In this document: piece by piece, positions 14,690-28,157 of the stretch
Layout: each line of letters starts with the position of its first letter
Position numbering within the stretch: position 1 is the stretch's first letter
Origin: Eledone cirrhosa
Taxonomy: Eukaryota
Reading direction: 5' to 3'
Assembly (NCBI GenBank): GCA_964016885.1
Contig: OZ024740.1
Coordinates: 411,680,001 to 411,744,000 of the forward strand
Length of the DNA: 64,000 bases
The notes under the pieces: model-generated
The model's input: the letters and a program-made list of their open reading frames with translations, nothing else
Database searches by the model: none
What the model was told of the DNA's origin: nothing
Made by a program: the position numbers and the translations under genes

Positions 14690-14771
14690 CATCTATATTA
14701 AAACTGTTATACTCTGCTATGTATTGAGTACCTTACTTACTGTGGTTACCTCCGATTCAACCCGGAATAAC

Positions 14772-15420
<649 letters not shown>

Positions 15421-16054
15421 CATTTTATTACTAATTATATCTAAATATTTCTTCTCTCTTCATAATGTGATTTTAACTCTGATACTGGTTCAGTCTAGTT
15501 CAACCGGATTGGTCTGTCCCAGTCATTCATTGAGCAACATCGGTGAGGTTGGCACCCTTAACTCACGGTTGAGTGTGGATGCATTCATGTATATGTGTGT
15601 GTCCGCATCTATCTGTGTGTTTCTAAATATATTGTTAATAACTCCCTCTGGTTGAGTAATCTTTGAAGTGTGGTGACTGTTGGAAAGCTGCCATTACTCA
15701 TACATCTCGCCACCTTCACCGCCTCTTCTACGGCTTCGATACAAATACCCCCTCCCCGTCTGTGGTATTTTCTTCGGGGTTATAAGAGGCTTAGCTCTGT
15801 TTCTCGACCGTTATATCGCGTGACTATCTCCCCCTCCGCCTGTTGGGATTCTTTCTCACGTCGTGTAGACGCGTTCTTGAGACTAGCAAAATGAGGTATC
15901 CTCTTGATAAGTCGGCAGACCTCGCAGGGACTCTATATCTTTATGATGTATTGTTTTTGTTTATGCCACGAAACTACGTAGTCGAGGAATCTAGGAGCAG
16001 TTTAGGTATGATACATTTTATTACTAATTATATCTAAATGTTTCTTCTCTCTTC

Positions 16055-16058
<4 letters not shown>
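15421..16058 (+). mobile_element. Non-coding ~593-nt unit with a ~45-nt terminal direct repeat and one HHR (retrozyme-like)
   Basis: cattttattactaattatatctaaatRtttcttctctcttcataat at 15421 and 16014; HHR just upstream of the second repeat; (TA)n on both sides. Confidence 0.7.
15899..15988 (+). ncRNA. Type I HHR with U3-A8 core (UUGAUAA)
   Basis: UCCUC-UUGAUAA-gucggca...ugccac-GAAAC-UACGUA-GUC-GAGGA; palindromic stem III loop. Confidence 0.8.
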
Positions 16059-16093
<35 letters not shown>

Positions 16094-16152
16094 ATGTATA
16101 TATATATATGTATATATATATGCGTATGTTTGTATATATGTGTGTAGATATA

Positions 16153-16200
<48 letters not shown>

Positions 16201-16341
16201 TATCCTGCATCTCCAACAGACCAGTATATATATATATATGTATATATATATTATATATGTATATATATATGTATATATATATGCCTCTTCAACAGACCAG
16301 TATATATATATATGTGCATATATATATTATATATGTATATA

Positions 16342-16379
<38 letters not shown>

Positions 16380-16402
<23 letters not shown>

Positions 16403-16508
16403 TATGTATTTTGTATATGTGTATATATGTGTATTTTTGTAGATGTTTTTGTATATGTTTGTATATGTGTATATTTCTATGTATATGTATATATATATGT
16501 GTGTGTAT

Positions 16509-16549
<41 letters not shown>

Positions 16550-16556
16550 CATATAA

Positions 16557-16629
<73 letters not shown>

Positions 16630-17163
16630 CATATATATATGTGTGTTTGTGTGTGTGTATGTGAATGTGTACGTTGACACCTGGAATTTAGCTTAAGAGA
16701 AACATGCCAATAATGATATGATAGGCACCCAATATTTTGAACTGGTTTATAGAATTCTCTTGGCCCTTGTCACTGTAAGTAGAGCTTTAAAGAATTAGCT
16801 TTTAAAGAATTTCCCTTTTCTTAAATCCATCAACCATGACCGACCCCCAACCATCTTATAGACACCTGAAATATAGGCATTGTTAGCCTAAGAGAAACTT
16901 AAAAATAAGGAGTAGCTCCCCAATCCGAACTTGTTTATAGAATTCTTTCTGCCTTTGTCACTCTAAATATAAATTATAGCCTTAAAGAATTAGCTTTTAA
17001 TGAATTCCCTTTTCTTTCAACCAATGACCTCCACCCATCCCACTCCCCACCCTTTTCTACTACCTGAAAAGATATGAATACCACAACATTTATTTTGGAA
17101 AGCCAGATTCCTGATGATTTCTAAAGAATGAAACATTTCTAGTCCTGTAGAATCTCATCTATC
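16380..17163 (+). mobile_element. Family alpha element, copy 2
   Basis: Reverse complement of ~612-1440; ends a few nt after its HHR. Confidence 0.8.
17105..17155 (+). ncRNA. Type I HHR (family alpha)
   Basis: AGAUUC-CUGAUGA-...-GAAACA...UGUA-GAAUCU. Confidence 0.75.
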
Positions 17164-17408
17164 TATATATATATTTATATGGGGGTGGGATTGTGTTGGT
17201 GCACGTCGGTAAGCGGGATGTGTGGTTATATATACATATATATGTGGATGTGCGTTTAAGCATTTCTGTAAGCGTGTATGCACATATTCATGATTGTATG
17301 TGCAAATTCATATAGAGAACTATAACTATGAGCATGTCACCATACGAAGAATGTTATTTCTATTACATTGCTAACACAAACTTAAATAAAAGAAACAAAT
17401 CTTATCCA

Positions 17409-18628
17409 TTATTGGAAAATTGAAAACTGATAAATGCTTTGGAAAACATCAGTTGTGTCTTTCGAGTTTTTCTTTCGAGTCTTTCTGTAAAATGGAGATT
17501 ACATCTTCACATTATCTTATCACGTGATAATATTTCAACGTTGTTTGAAACAAGCCTTAGGCACTCCTCTGTAGTTTTGAAAACGTCCTTTTGTTCAGGA
17601 TGCATTTTAACACGAACAAGCTTGGTTCTGTTAATGCATTGCCTTTCTTGAAAAAAATCAAACTCACTTAAAGCGCGGTGGTATGATAGACATTAGCTTA
17701 CAGATGGGCTTATATATGATTCTTCGAACGGTTTCAAATGACACTAATTCAACAGTGTGAGAAAATACATCATTTAAAGTTGTGCTGCAAAAAAATCCAA
17801 CTATAACATTAAATCCAGCATGGATTATTCTAACATCGAAGCTTATGAAATACCCGAGCCACAAAATTAAACTAAAACATTAGCGAAGGTAATACATCCG
17901 TTACACATTATAACATGATTTACACTAAGCTAACTATACAAATATTACTAAGAAAATTCAAATACGTTTTATGATATATTCCTGTAAATCCAGGAGAAAG
18001 TTATATTTATATTAGCATGATCATATTCTTACTATATGGAAAAATATAAAGCTCTAATACACACCGTGTGCTGTAAGTTAAGCATGCCTAAGGCAATATA
18101 TATAAATTGACCTCTGATACTAAATACGTAAGATGTTATATTGTTTGCTGGTGGATTAAATCCTACTACTATTTACTGAAATATTGCTTTTAATGTGTTA
18201 ATGTTTACACATGGTTTAATATGGAATAAATATATTCAAGCAGTATATATTTACGGGAGGATTGAGTGAAGCATTTGCTATAGAATCACGACTCGTGGTA
18301 TAGTGGAAATGATGTTGGACGTACGATCATAATGTCACCGGTTCGATTCGTGGACTGGGTTGTGTGTTTCATTTCTCGTTGCTCCAGTATACCCAGCTGA
18401 ATATGAGTACTAGCAATAGGTGGGGGATTACCCCTGAGATGGACTGCATTCTGTCCATCGGAGAGTATTTTATTCTCAGTCGCTTCACACCAAGAAATCA
18501 TGAATTAGCACCGGCCTGATGAATCTCCCGACTCCAGACAGACTTTAAAAGACACATTTACCATAGAGGCAGCGTATTATTATTGACGGAATTATTATAA
18601 TTTCCTTCCTCACTAGAATAGCATCTCA
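17409..18628 (-). CDS. Candidate last three exons of an unknown host gene (18628-18562, 17784-17668, 17484-17409)
   Basis: Pyrimidine-rich CAG acceptors, GTAAAT and GTGAGT donors, phase-compatible and stop-free: RCYSSEEGNYNNSVNNNTLPL-C-TTLNDVFSHTVELVSFETVRRIIYKPICKLMSIIPPRF-K-KTRKKNSKDTTDVFQSIYQFSIFQ*. No recognised homology. Confidence 0.35.
18288..18546 (+). mobile_element. tRNA-derived SINE, Nin/Deu-domain-like
   Basis: A box TGGTATAGTGG and B box GGTTCGATTCG; the 3' body gatggactgcatt...agtcgcttcac...ccggcctgatg...cagactt resembles Nin-domain SINEs (from memory). Confidence 0.65.
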
Positions 18629-19302
18629 CTGAATGGAGAAGTTGTAATTTGTATTTCACTTACATTACGTATTTATAGATTTTGTTCTTTATTGTAAAAC
18701 TATTTTTTAGAATAAAATACTAAATCAGTGCAATAATAGTAACTTACAGTATTTAAAACATGATATTGCAATAGAAGTAACAATGCAATTAATTTTAAAA
18801 TAAATACACTTATCCAAATCAAGTTGTTTATTATATACTCAACTATATTTCTTTGTTTACGAGTGAAAAATAATTAGATTGTATCTTTAAACATAATACA
18901 TCAGGATTTGATAGGACCATTTACTTTTTGTGATTGTCATCATTTACGAAACTTTTGCTTTCATGATTCGTGTTTGCTAAAATAGCAAATATATTAGTAA
19001 GATACATCTTATCACAAACGTCTTATCAGGAATTGAATATCGTTTTAAATGGGGAAATGTGATTTTAAAGATCGATAATATGTATATTACTTAAAGGAGA
19101 ACTGTAAAAAACAGTACTTAAAAGGCATTGACGCAAAAACATCATAAACTTGTAAAATTTCCATTTGTATTTGAAACATTAATTTATACTTTAAATAATT
19201 CATCTATTCACACACATACACATGATATACACACGCGCGCACATACACACGCACGCGCACACAGACACGCACATATATATATATAAAATATATATATATA
19301 TT

Positions 19303-19340
<38 letters not shown>

Positions 19341-20182
19341 GAGAGAAAGAGAGCTGTAGAAATGACAACACAAACACAAGAGTACAAAAACACAAAATCT
19401 TATTAGAATCAGTCTTAGGAGGTAGTAGAGGAGGGTTCAGAGCATCGGACGTAAGTCCTTCTTCATGAAATGGAGAGAGAGGAACGAGAACGAGTAGGAA
19501 CATCGGAGTTTGAAAAAACCTTTTTACTTAGCCTGGGGTGATAGGTGATTGGTCCTATATATATAATATAAATATAAATATATATATGTATATATATATA
19601 TACATATATATTAAGGTGGCCCTTATTATTCAACTTTCTAAAGGTTTAGCTCCCACCCCCAATCTTGTTCCGATTAACAGAAAACCAATCTCAGTAAAGT
19701 TTTAGCTGAAGCAGACAACTGCAAGGCGACCCACATCGACCGTCACATTTTAACGTTTTCGCCCAGAATATTGTCTCAGATGAACATTTTTTATCTCTTA
19801 TATAATTTTCTCATAAATTAAGAACTTGTTCAGACTTATTCTTGGTATTAGAAGGATAAGTGACAATAAATATAATGGGGAAGGTAACTTGCAAAGCTGG
19901 GGACAGAGCGCAGGTATAGGGCAAACACCTATTTTTTGCTGTGGACGCAGCAAAGTTTTAGGTTTTGTAAATTTACCTATTGCTAAGGGCAACGCTAATA
20001 TACATATATCTGTATGTGGTTGACAGCTGAGAGACATGAGTACTCGGGATTGAGTAATATATGTATACATATATACATATATATAATATGTATATATATA
20101 TACTCTTACTATCCATGCTTTCATATTTCTCCTTGCTCCTCTTCTGTTTTCATTGTATTTGTATACAGTACATAGATATAAT

Positions 20183-20580
20183 GAGAAGTGGAGAAGAAGT
20201 TGGAAAGGAGAGTAAGGAGAAAAGGAGAAACGGAGAGCAAAGAGAGCAGTGAGAAAAGGAGATGAAGGAGAGCAAGGAGTGCAAGGCGAACAAGGAGAGC
20301 AAGGAGACGAATGATAAGAGAGCAAGGCGAGCAATGAGAAAAGGAGAGCAATGATAAAAAGTGAAAAAGGACAGGGAGAAGAAAGGAGTGCAAGGAAAGC
20401 AAGGAGAAAAGGAGAGCAAGGAAAGTAATGAGAAAGGGAGAGCAAGGAGAGCATGGAGAAAAAGAGAGCAAGGAAAGTAATGATAAAAGGAGAGCAAGGA
20501 GACTAAGGAGAACAAGGATAAAAGGAGAGCAGGGAGAGGAAGGAGAAAGGGAGCGTAAGGAGAACAGGGATAGGATAAGG
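20183..20580. repeat. Degenerate purine-rich minisatellite (aaggagagc-like 9-mer)
   Basis: Repeated aaggagagca / aaggagaaa units. Confidence 0.85.
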
Positions 20581-20870
20581 TAAATATTGCTCAAGTTATG
20601 CTGGAAGCAGTCAAATATGACGAAGAGGGAGAATAAAAAAAATCAACTGAAGAGGTACAATCTGCACCAAAATGACTTTTCTTCGAGTTTTCGTCTTTCG
20701 TAATTTCTGGTACAAAAACTTTCTTCACAAGGTTTTCTATCAGCACCTATTTCCTCGACATAGACCCTTCAACATGAACGTATGATCCTGGTTACAAAGT
20801 GGACTTGAAAAACTTGAGAAGACAGTTGCTGATGTTGCAGAAAGAGGTGTCAAAGTTATTCCGGATTACA

Positions 20871-21048
20871 ATAATTGTTTCTACTTTTAGCACAAGGCCA
20901 GCAAATATCCCAGTGTATTACTGGTACTCTATTTTATCTCACCCCGTAAGGATGAAAGGCAAAGTTGACCTCGGCGGGATTTGAACTCAGTCCGTAAAGG
21001 GACGTAACTGTGCTACAAAGTATGGCGTCCGACCCTCTACCGATATTC
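20871..21048 (-). mobile_element. tRNA-derived SINE (abundant octopus-type family)
   Basis: Minus strand ctgagttcaaatcccgccgaggtcaactttgcctttcatccttacgggg...aatagagtaccagt; homologous to 37368-37562. Confidence 0.8.
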
Positions 21049-21439
21049 TCACAAAAGATGAATCTAAGAAACAATTTGTTTTACAGATCGTTACCGCAAA
21101 CCATAAAACATACGCAACTGCCACTAAATCATCTCTTATGCAAAACTAATGTTCAATATTATGTGTTTGATTCTATAGAAATGATTGTTGTAAAAGTTTT
21201 CCATGTTATTTCAAGAATTTTTCAAAATAACTATTGGTGAATTTAGTTCAGACCGTTTTCAAACTTTGCTCGGGTTGCCTGGATGTGTCCACATAAACTT
21301 CTCTGAGAAGAAAAAAGAAAATGGTTGAGATTGGGAAGAGTATACCGGTTTGAACAGAATTTTGAGCAGATTCCATATTTTTATTGATTGAAAGAGGATT
21401 AGCGGGTGAGAGCAGCAGAATTTTAAAGAGATGGAAGAG

Positions 21440-21488
<49 letters not shown>

Positions 21489-21591
21489 ATGTATTGAAGT
21501 TTCCGTTGAAAATTGAAAAAGTCATAGGAGTGAAGAGTGCTCTATGTAAGTTACAGAGCTAAATTTAATGTATAATAAACAATACAATATA

Positions 21592-21667
21592 ATTACTTCA
21601 TTACCAGAGGTTTTCCGAATAAGACGAATACGAGAAACGTCCTCATTCGTTCGTCAGACAAGGCAAT
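21592..21667 (-). ncRNA. Type I HHR (PLE-C)
   Basis: uugccuugu-CUGACGA-long stem II-GAAAAC-cucug-GUA-augaaguaa. Confidence 0.7.
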
Positions 21668-23395
21668 GTAAAGCATAGTGAAATATTTGAAAAATCTCCT
21701 CAAGAAAGGCAAAAGTTTAACGGGCAAAAAAAATATATATATTAAATAAAAGTAATGCAAGAGATATATGAAAATAAAATAAGGAAATATAGTAAGGGTA
21801 TGTGTATAAATGTGTGTATATGTACCTACAAATGTACATATGTGTGTATGTACAAATGCATGTGTATAGTGAAAAAATGTTTGCATAAGTACATACATGA
21901 GGGCAAGCATATCAGTGTATGTGTGACTACAAATATGTATATAATATATGTTGAAAAAAGAAATTGTAAGATAATAGAGTTAGTGTACATACAGACTCAG
22001 GGACTAAGGATTGAAATATATACACATACACGTATGAAAGCACGCGTATAAACACACACACACGCACAACCACACACGTGCATGTGATATATACAGGAGG
22101 GAAGGGAGTGTTTCAGTCAAAGCAGTGTCAGGCTGAAGGTCGATTCATATATAAAAATATAAAATATGAAAATGAAAAAATGAAAAAATATAAGAGAATA
22201 AAAAAATTAAATCAAAGAGAAAGTAAGAGGGAGGGGTTATCAATTATAAAGTAACACTAGAAAAAATAGAAAACATACAGAGGTTCGTACACAGACACAT
22301 ATATATATATAAATACGTACAGACAAAAGTACATACATGCGTACATACATACAAAATCGCGCATACATACACACGAAGCACATCTATATACATACATGTA
22401 CATCTAATCACACGCACGCACGCGACCGTATATATACATATATATATACACACACACATATATATAAGTATGTAAAAACATAGATATAAAAACACACATA
22501 CACACAAACACGTATACACACATATGCACACTTGCACGCATACATACAATATAAAAACCAGCCATATGAATAAATGAGTACAAATTATACGCAAGTAAAC
22601 ATACATAAAAGCGGCTGAGGGACAACACAATATATCTGGAGTTGAAAACGCAAGTGACAGTGATATAAGGTAGTGAAAGAAAAGGGGGAAGTAAAATATG
22701 TAAAATTGTGAAAATATAAAGGAAGTGAATCAAAACGCAGTGGGGGGGGGGGGGCGTCACTGGTGGATGTGAAGTAAAAATAAAGTTAAAAATAAAAATA
22801 AAAGTAAATCAGAAAGAGAAGTCTGTAAAGAAGGTAGGTTAAGTGAAGAACAAGAGTTTATGGAGGATAAGTATCTGAAAGTGAGTTAAGTTTATATCAG
22901 CTGGAAAGCACGTGTGATTTCATTTGTGGGAAACTGGTGAAAATTTCTATTTTTGCATTTAGGCAGGTTTTTTGTGATTTAAGGTTCTGTAAAATCCAAT
23001 ATTTTGGATATAGATGTGTTTGCGCGCGTGTGTGTGTTTATACGCGTGCTTTCATACTTGTATGTGTATATATTTCAATCCTTAGTCCCTGAGTCTGTAT
23101 GTACACTAACTCTATTATCTTACAATTTCTTTTTTCAACATATATTATATACGTACTTGTGGTCACACATACACTGATATGCTTGCCCTCGTGTATGTAC
23201 TTACGCACACATTTTTTCACTATACACATGCATTTGTACATACACACATATGTACATTTGTAGGTGCATATACACACATTTATACACATACCCTTACTAT
23301 ATTTCCTTATTTTAGTTTTATATATCTCATGCATTATTTTTATTTAATTATTTTTTGCCCGTTAATCTTTAGGAGAATTTTCAAATATTTCACTA

Positions 23396-23473
23396 AATTG
23401 TCTTGTCTGACGAACGAATGAGGACGTTTCTTGTATTCGTCTTATTCGGGAAACCTCTGGTAATGAGGTAATT
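23396..23473 (+). ncRNA. Type I HHR (PLE-C)
   Basis: aauugucuugu-CUGACGA-aCGAAUGAGGACG...CGUCUUAUUCGg-GAAAC-cucug-GUA-augagguaauu; 11-bp stem I with G-U pairs. Confidence 0.8.
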
Positions 23474-23676
23474 ATATTGTATTGTTTATTATACATTAAA
23501 TTTAGCTCTGTAACTCACTCCTATGCCTTTTTCAAATTTCAACAGAAACTTCAATACTTATACAGCTCCCAAGGGAATGATCGTAGCATATTCTACATTT
23601 TTATGAGATTGGCACCTTCCAGTCCTTTTAAAGCCGGTTACTCTTCAGTCAAAAAGATTTTTAACCAATACTGAAC

Positions 23677-25759
23677 ATGGATAGACATCATTTGGAATAC
23701 TCCACCAAGAATATCCCAACACCTTCTAACACTTCCTACACTAAAATGTTGATAGACAAATTAGAGAAAGTTGTTAAAAGAATGAGATGGAAATCTTTGA
23801 TTTTCGATGGACACTTTAACACGGACTCTACAGAATATTTTGATATCAAGTCTCATAAATACCCGCAATGAGTAAAAATATGACCGCTTTTGAACTAAAC
23901 TTAGTTAATTTAATCAAACAAATTAAATTCCGTAAGTAACCCTTTTCAATCTAAACTATCTAATGATATTTCAATATTCAAATCTTCTAAAAATAAGTTC
24001 ATTTTCTCTGACAAAACTAAAAACTTATACGAAGTTAATAATAACTTACATGACCAACTCTTAACAGATAACATCACCTCTAAATACCAAATAGTTAATA
24101 TAAACACCTATACTACTATTAATAAGGAAGCTAAATAATTAGCTAGTTTTTAATAAAATAGACAATAGAACAGAAAAACTTGCTAAGCGTAATGCCTATA
24201 TCACCCTCAAAGATCACAAACCTGATTTTATTAATCGTCCTAGTTGTAGATTAATCCACCCTGCTAAGACTGAAATGGGTCTTGCTAGTAAAAAAATATT
24301 AAATAATATAAACAAATATATTAGAAGTAAGTCTGAATTACTCCAATGTATAAATAGCTCTTCCGCAGTACATTGGTTTAATAATATTAAAGATGAAAAT
24401 AGTTCTAGATTCACCCAATTTGACATTGTAGACTTCTACCCGTCTATTACTCACCCTCTTTTAACAAAAGTATTAAATTTCGCTAGAAAGTTTATCAATA
24501 TTTCTGATATTGAAGAGAATGTCATTTTGCATGCTAGAAACACTTTACTATTTACTAATAATGACACTTGGGTAAAAAAATCTAACACAGAGAACCCATT
24601 CAATGTCTCAATGGGTTCTTTTGACAGTGCTGACGTGTGTGATTTAGTCCGCCTATTCCTCCTACACACACTTAAAGAGAAATTCCCTTTGGGCTTTATC
24701 GCGACGATGGTCTACTACTTTCCCATACCACTATAGGCCATAACTTAGATAGATTCAGGAAAGACTTAATAAAAATCTTCGCTAGTTTTAATCTTAAAAT
24801 TACCATTGGCACTAAGCTTTCTAATGTTAATTTTCTAGATATAAACCTAGATCTGCCTACTGCTTCTTATAAACCGTACCATAAACCTAATGAAAATTTA
24901 AAATATATAAATAAAGGCTCTTGCCATCCTCCTATAGTTTAAAAAAATCTTATCCCTAATATTAGCCGTAGGATCTCCACCTTCTCTTCCCCAGAAGCTA
25001 TTTTCAATAAGGCATCCCCTACTATAATAAAGCCCTTGAAAATAGCGGATTTAGCGTACCGATTAAGTACATACCCAACAATACTAACTCTTTTAAACAT
25101 AATAATAGGAAAAGAAAAATAATCTGGTTCACACCCCCTACTCTTTAGCAGTTAAAACTAATGTAGGCAAAAAATACCTAGCGCTCTTAGATAAACATTT
25201 CCCTCGAACACATAAATACTATAAGATCTTCAATAGAAACTGTGTCAAAATCGTCTACTTCTGCGGTCCCCCTATTAAATCTTATATACTCAACAAGAAA
25301 ATACCCAGAAAACATCAACATTGCTTCTGTAGAGTCAAAAGTGAATGCCCATTACAAGGTAAATGCAACACCAAAGCCATTGTATATGCGGCTAAAGTGA
25401 CAATCACCAGCAACAACCTACCAGCCACCAGCGAACGATATCTGGGTATGACACAAGACAAATTCAAAACGCGTTATTACTCACATGTCGCATCTTTCCG
25501 ACATCCTGAAAAAAGATTTAAAACAGCTCTGGCTAAAGGAATATGGGATTTGAAACAACAAGGTATCCAATATAAATTAGATTGGTCAATTTTGAACCAA
25601 TCTAAAGAATATGCCAGAGGAACAAGAAGATGCGCACTCTGCATAATTGAAAAATATTGGATTTTAGAGAACCTTAAATCACCAAAAACCTGCCTAAATT
25701 CAAAAATAGAAATTTTCACCAGTTTCCCACAAATGAAATCACACTTGCTTTCCAGCTGA
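23677..25759 (+). pseudogene. PLE RT-GIY-YIG polyprotein (stops/frameshifts)
   Basis: YSTKNIPTP; QFDIVDFYPSI; SMGSFDSADVCDLV; GLYRDDGL; VNFLDINL; YHKPN; CFCRVKSECPLQGKC; IVYAAKV...RYLGMT...FKTRYYSH; CALCIIEK. Confidence 0.93.
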
Positions 25760-26275
25760 TATAAACTTAACTCACTTTCAGATACTTATCCTCCATAAAC
25801 TCTTGTTCTTCACTTTTCTTAACTTACCTTCTTTACAGACTTCTCTTTCTGATATACTTTTATTTTTATTTTTAACTTTATTTTTACTTCACATCCAGCA
25901 GTGACGCCCCCGCCCCCTGCTTTTTGATTCACTTTATATCTTCACAATTTTACATATTTTACTTCCCCCTTTTCTTTCACTATCAGATATCCTGTGTCAC
26001 TTGCGTTTTCAACTCCAGATATATTGTGTTGTCCCTCAGCTGCTTTTATGTATGTTTACTTGCGTATAATTTGTACTCATTTATTCATACGGCTGGTTTT
26101 TATATTGTACGTATGCATGCAAGTGTGCATATGTGTGTATACGTGTTTGTATATGTATACGAATACATTCGTATGTGCGCGTGTATGTGTATATGTGTGT
26201 GTGTATGTGTGTTTTTATATCTATGTTTGTTACATACTTATATATATGTGTGTATGTGTGTATATGTATATATAT

Positions 26276-27160
26276 TTAACACCCTTCTAGCGGGTCCGGG
26301 TAAGTTTTTTACATTCATTTAAATTATTGATTTATTGATATTTTATTTGAGTGACCCGAATCTTCCTGGTCGTTCTTTTTCGGCTGCACGGGTGATTTTA
26401 GGCATAATCTATGTGTTGGTAATTTAACGATAGTTATAGCTCTGATTTATCCAAATTATTGAGCCCTCTGCCACTCATATCGGATATTGTTTATCGTTAA
26501 TTCGTGAGCTGATTTTCCGATACTCGATTATTCTATTATATTTAGCTCTAGACCTAGCTATTGACCAGTTAATTTTATTGATCATTTTTTGTCGATTCTA
26601 TTGACTGATGAATAGCTCCTGTTTATTTTAACATGTCTATTGAGCACTCTGATTCAATATGTGATATTTTGTATTCCTACTTGATTTCCACATTACCGAA
26701 AATTTTTTCGCTAATATAGAGGTTATCTCCCTTGCTGGGCACCATGTGCGTCTCTGGCTAAAGGTCACTTCTTTATTATCGGACGGAACCCGTTGATAAA
26801 GCTCTTCCGGTCCAGTCCTTCTCTAGAAGTCTTATATATTTTTATGTGGGCTGATAGTGAACAGATTAAGGAATTGCAGAAACCCAAGAAGCTAGATTTA
26901 ACACCTTTCTAGCGGGTCCGGGTAAGTTTTTTACATTCATTTAAATTATTGATATATTGATATTTTATTTGAGTGACCCGAATCTTCCTGGTCGTTCTTT
27001 TTCGGCTGCACGGGTGATTTTAGGCATAATCTCTATGTGTTGGTAATTTAACGATAGTTATAGCTCTGATTTATCCAAATTATTGAGCCCTCTGCCACTC
27101 ATATCGGATATTGTTTATCGTTAATTCGTGAGCTGATTTTCCGATACTCGATTATTCTAT

Positions 27161-27163
<3 letters not shown>
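26276..27163. mobile_element. ~1.4-mer of a ~620-bp non-coding unit inserted in the PLE-C pLTR microsatellite
   Basis: Near-identical ~265-bp direct repeats 26276-26538 and 26898-27163; absent from the inverted pLTR copy near 22430. Confidence 0.8.
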
Positions 27164-27239
<76 letters not shown>

Positions 27240-27987
27240 TCGCGTGCGTGCGTGTGATTAGATGTACATGTATGTATATATATGTACTTCGTGTGTATGT
27301 ATGCGCACTTTTGTATGCATGTATGTGCTTTTGTCTGTACGTATTTATATATATATTTATATATATATGTGTGTGTACGAACCTCTGTATGTTATCTATT
27401 TTTTCTAGTGTTACTTTATAATTGATAACCCCTCCCTCTTACTTTCTCTTTGATTTAATTTTTTTATTCTCATATATATTTTTCATTTTTTCATTTTCAT
27501 ATTTTATATTTTTATATATGATTCGACCTTCAGCCTGGCACTGCTTTGACTGATGCACTCCCTTCCCTGTATATATCACATGCATGTATGTGGTTGCGCG
27601 TGTGTGTGTGTTTATACGCGTGCTTTCATACTTGTATGTGTATATATTTCAATCCTTAGTCCCTGAGTCTGTATGTACACTAACTCTATTATCTTACAAT
27701 TTCTTTTTTCAACCTATATTATATACGTATTTGTGGTCACACATAGACTGATATGCTTGCCCTCATGTATGTACTTACACACACATTCTTTCACTATACA
27801 CATGCATTTGTACATAGACACATATGTACATTTGTAGGTGCATATACACACATTTATACACATACCCTTATATATTTCCTTATTTTATTTTTATATATCT
27901 CTTGCATTACAATTATTTATATTTTTTTTTTCCCGTTAAACTTTTGCCTTTCTTGAGGAGATTTTTCCAATATTTCACTATGCTTTA

Positions 27988-28064
27988 AATTGCCTTTTCT
28001 GACGGACGAAAGAGGACGTTTCTTGTATTCGTCTTATTCGGGATACCTCTGGTAATGAGGTAAT
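27988..28064 (+). ncRNA. Degenerate HHR (PLE-C 3' pLTR)
   Basis: Same motif with core mutations CUGACGG and GAUAC. Confidence 0.6.
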
Positions 28065-28111
28065 CATATTGTATTGTTTATTATATATATAAACTTAACA
28101 TGTTTGAGTTA

Positions 28112-28153
<42 letters not shown>

Positions 28154-28157
<4 letters not shown>

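Larger units (their letters stand above)
21491..28085 (+). mobile_element. Penelope-like element (PLE-C): inverted copy + partial pLTR + ORF + pLTR
   Basis: 21491-23005 is the reverse complement of ORF end, pLTR and leader; 23015-23490 repeats at ~27595-28085; three HHR copies. Confidence 0.92.

Noticed and set aside
18515-18530. CTGATGA in the SINE tail
   Set aside because: No downstream GAAA or stem III; it is part of the SINE body.
19610-19800. Possible DNA-transposon terminus (ttaaggtggccctta...)
   Set aside because: No partner TIR or TSD found in the window.
19798-20594. Leu/Ser-rich minus-strand ORFs
   Set aside because: Translation of the purine-rich minisatellite.
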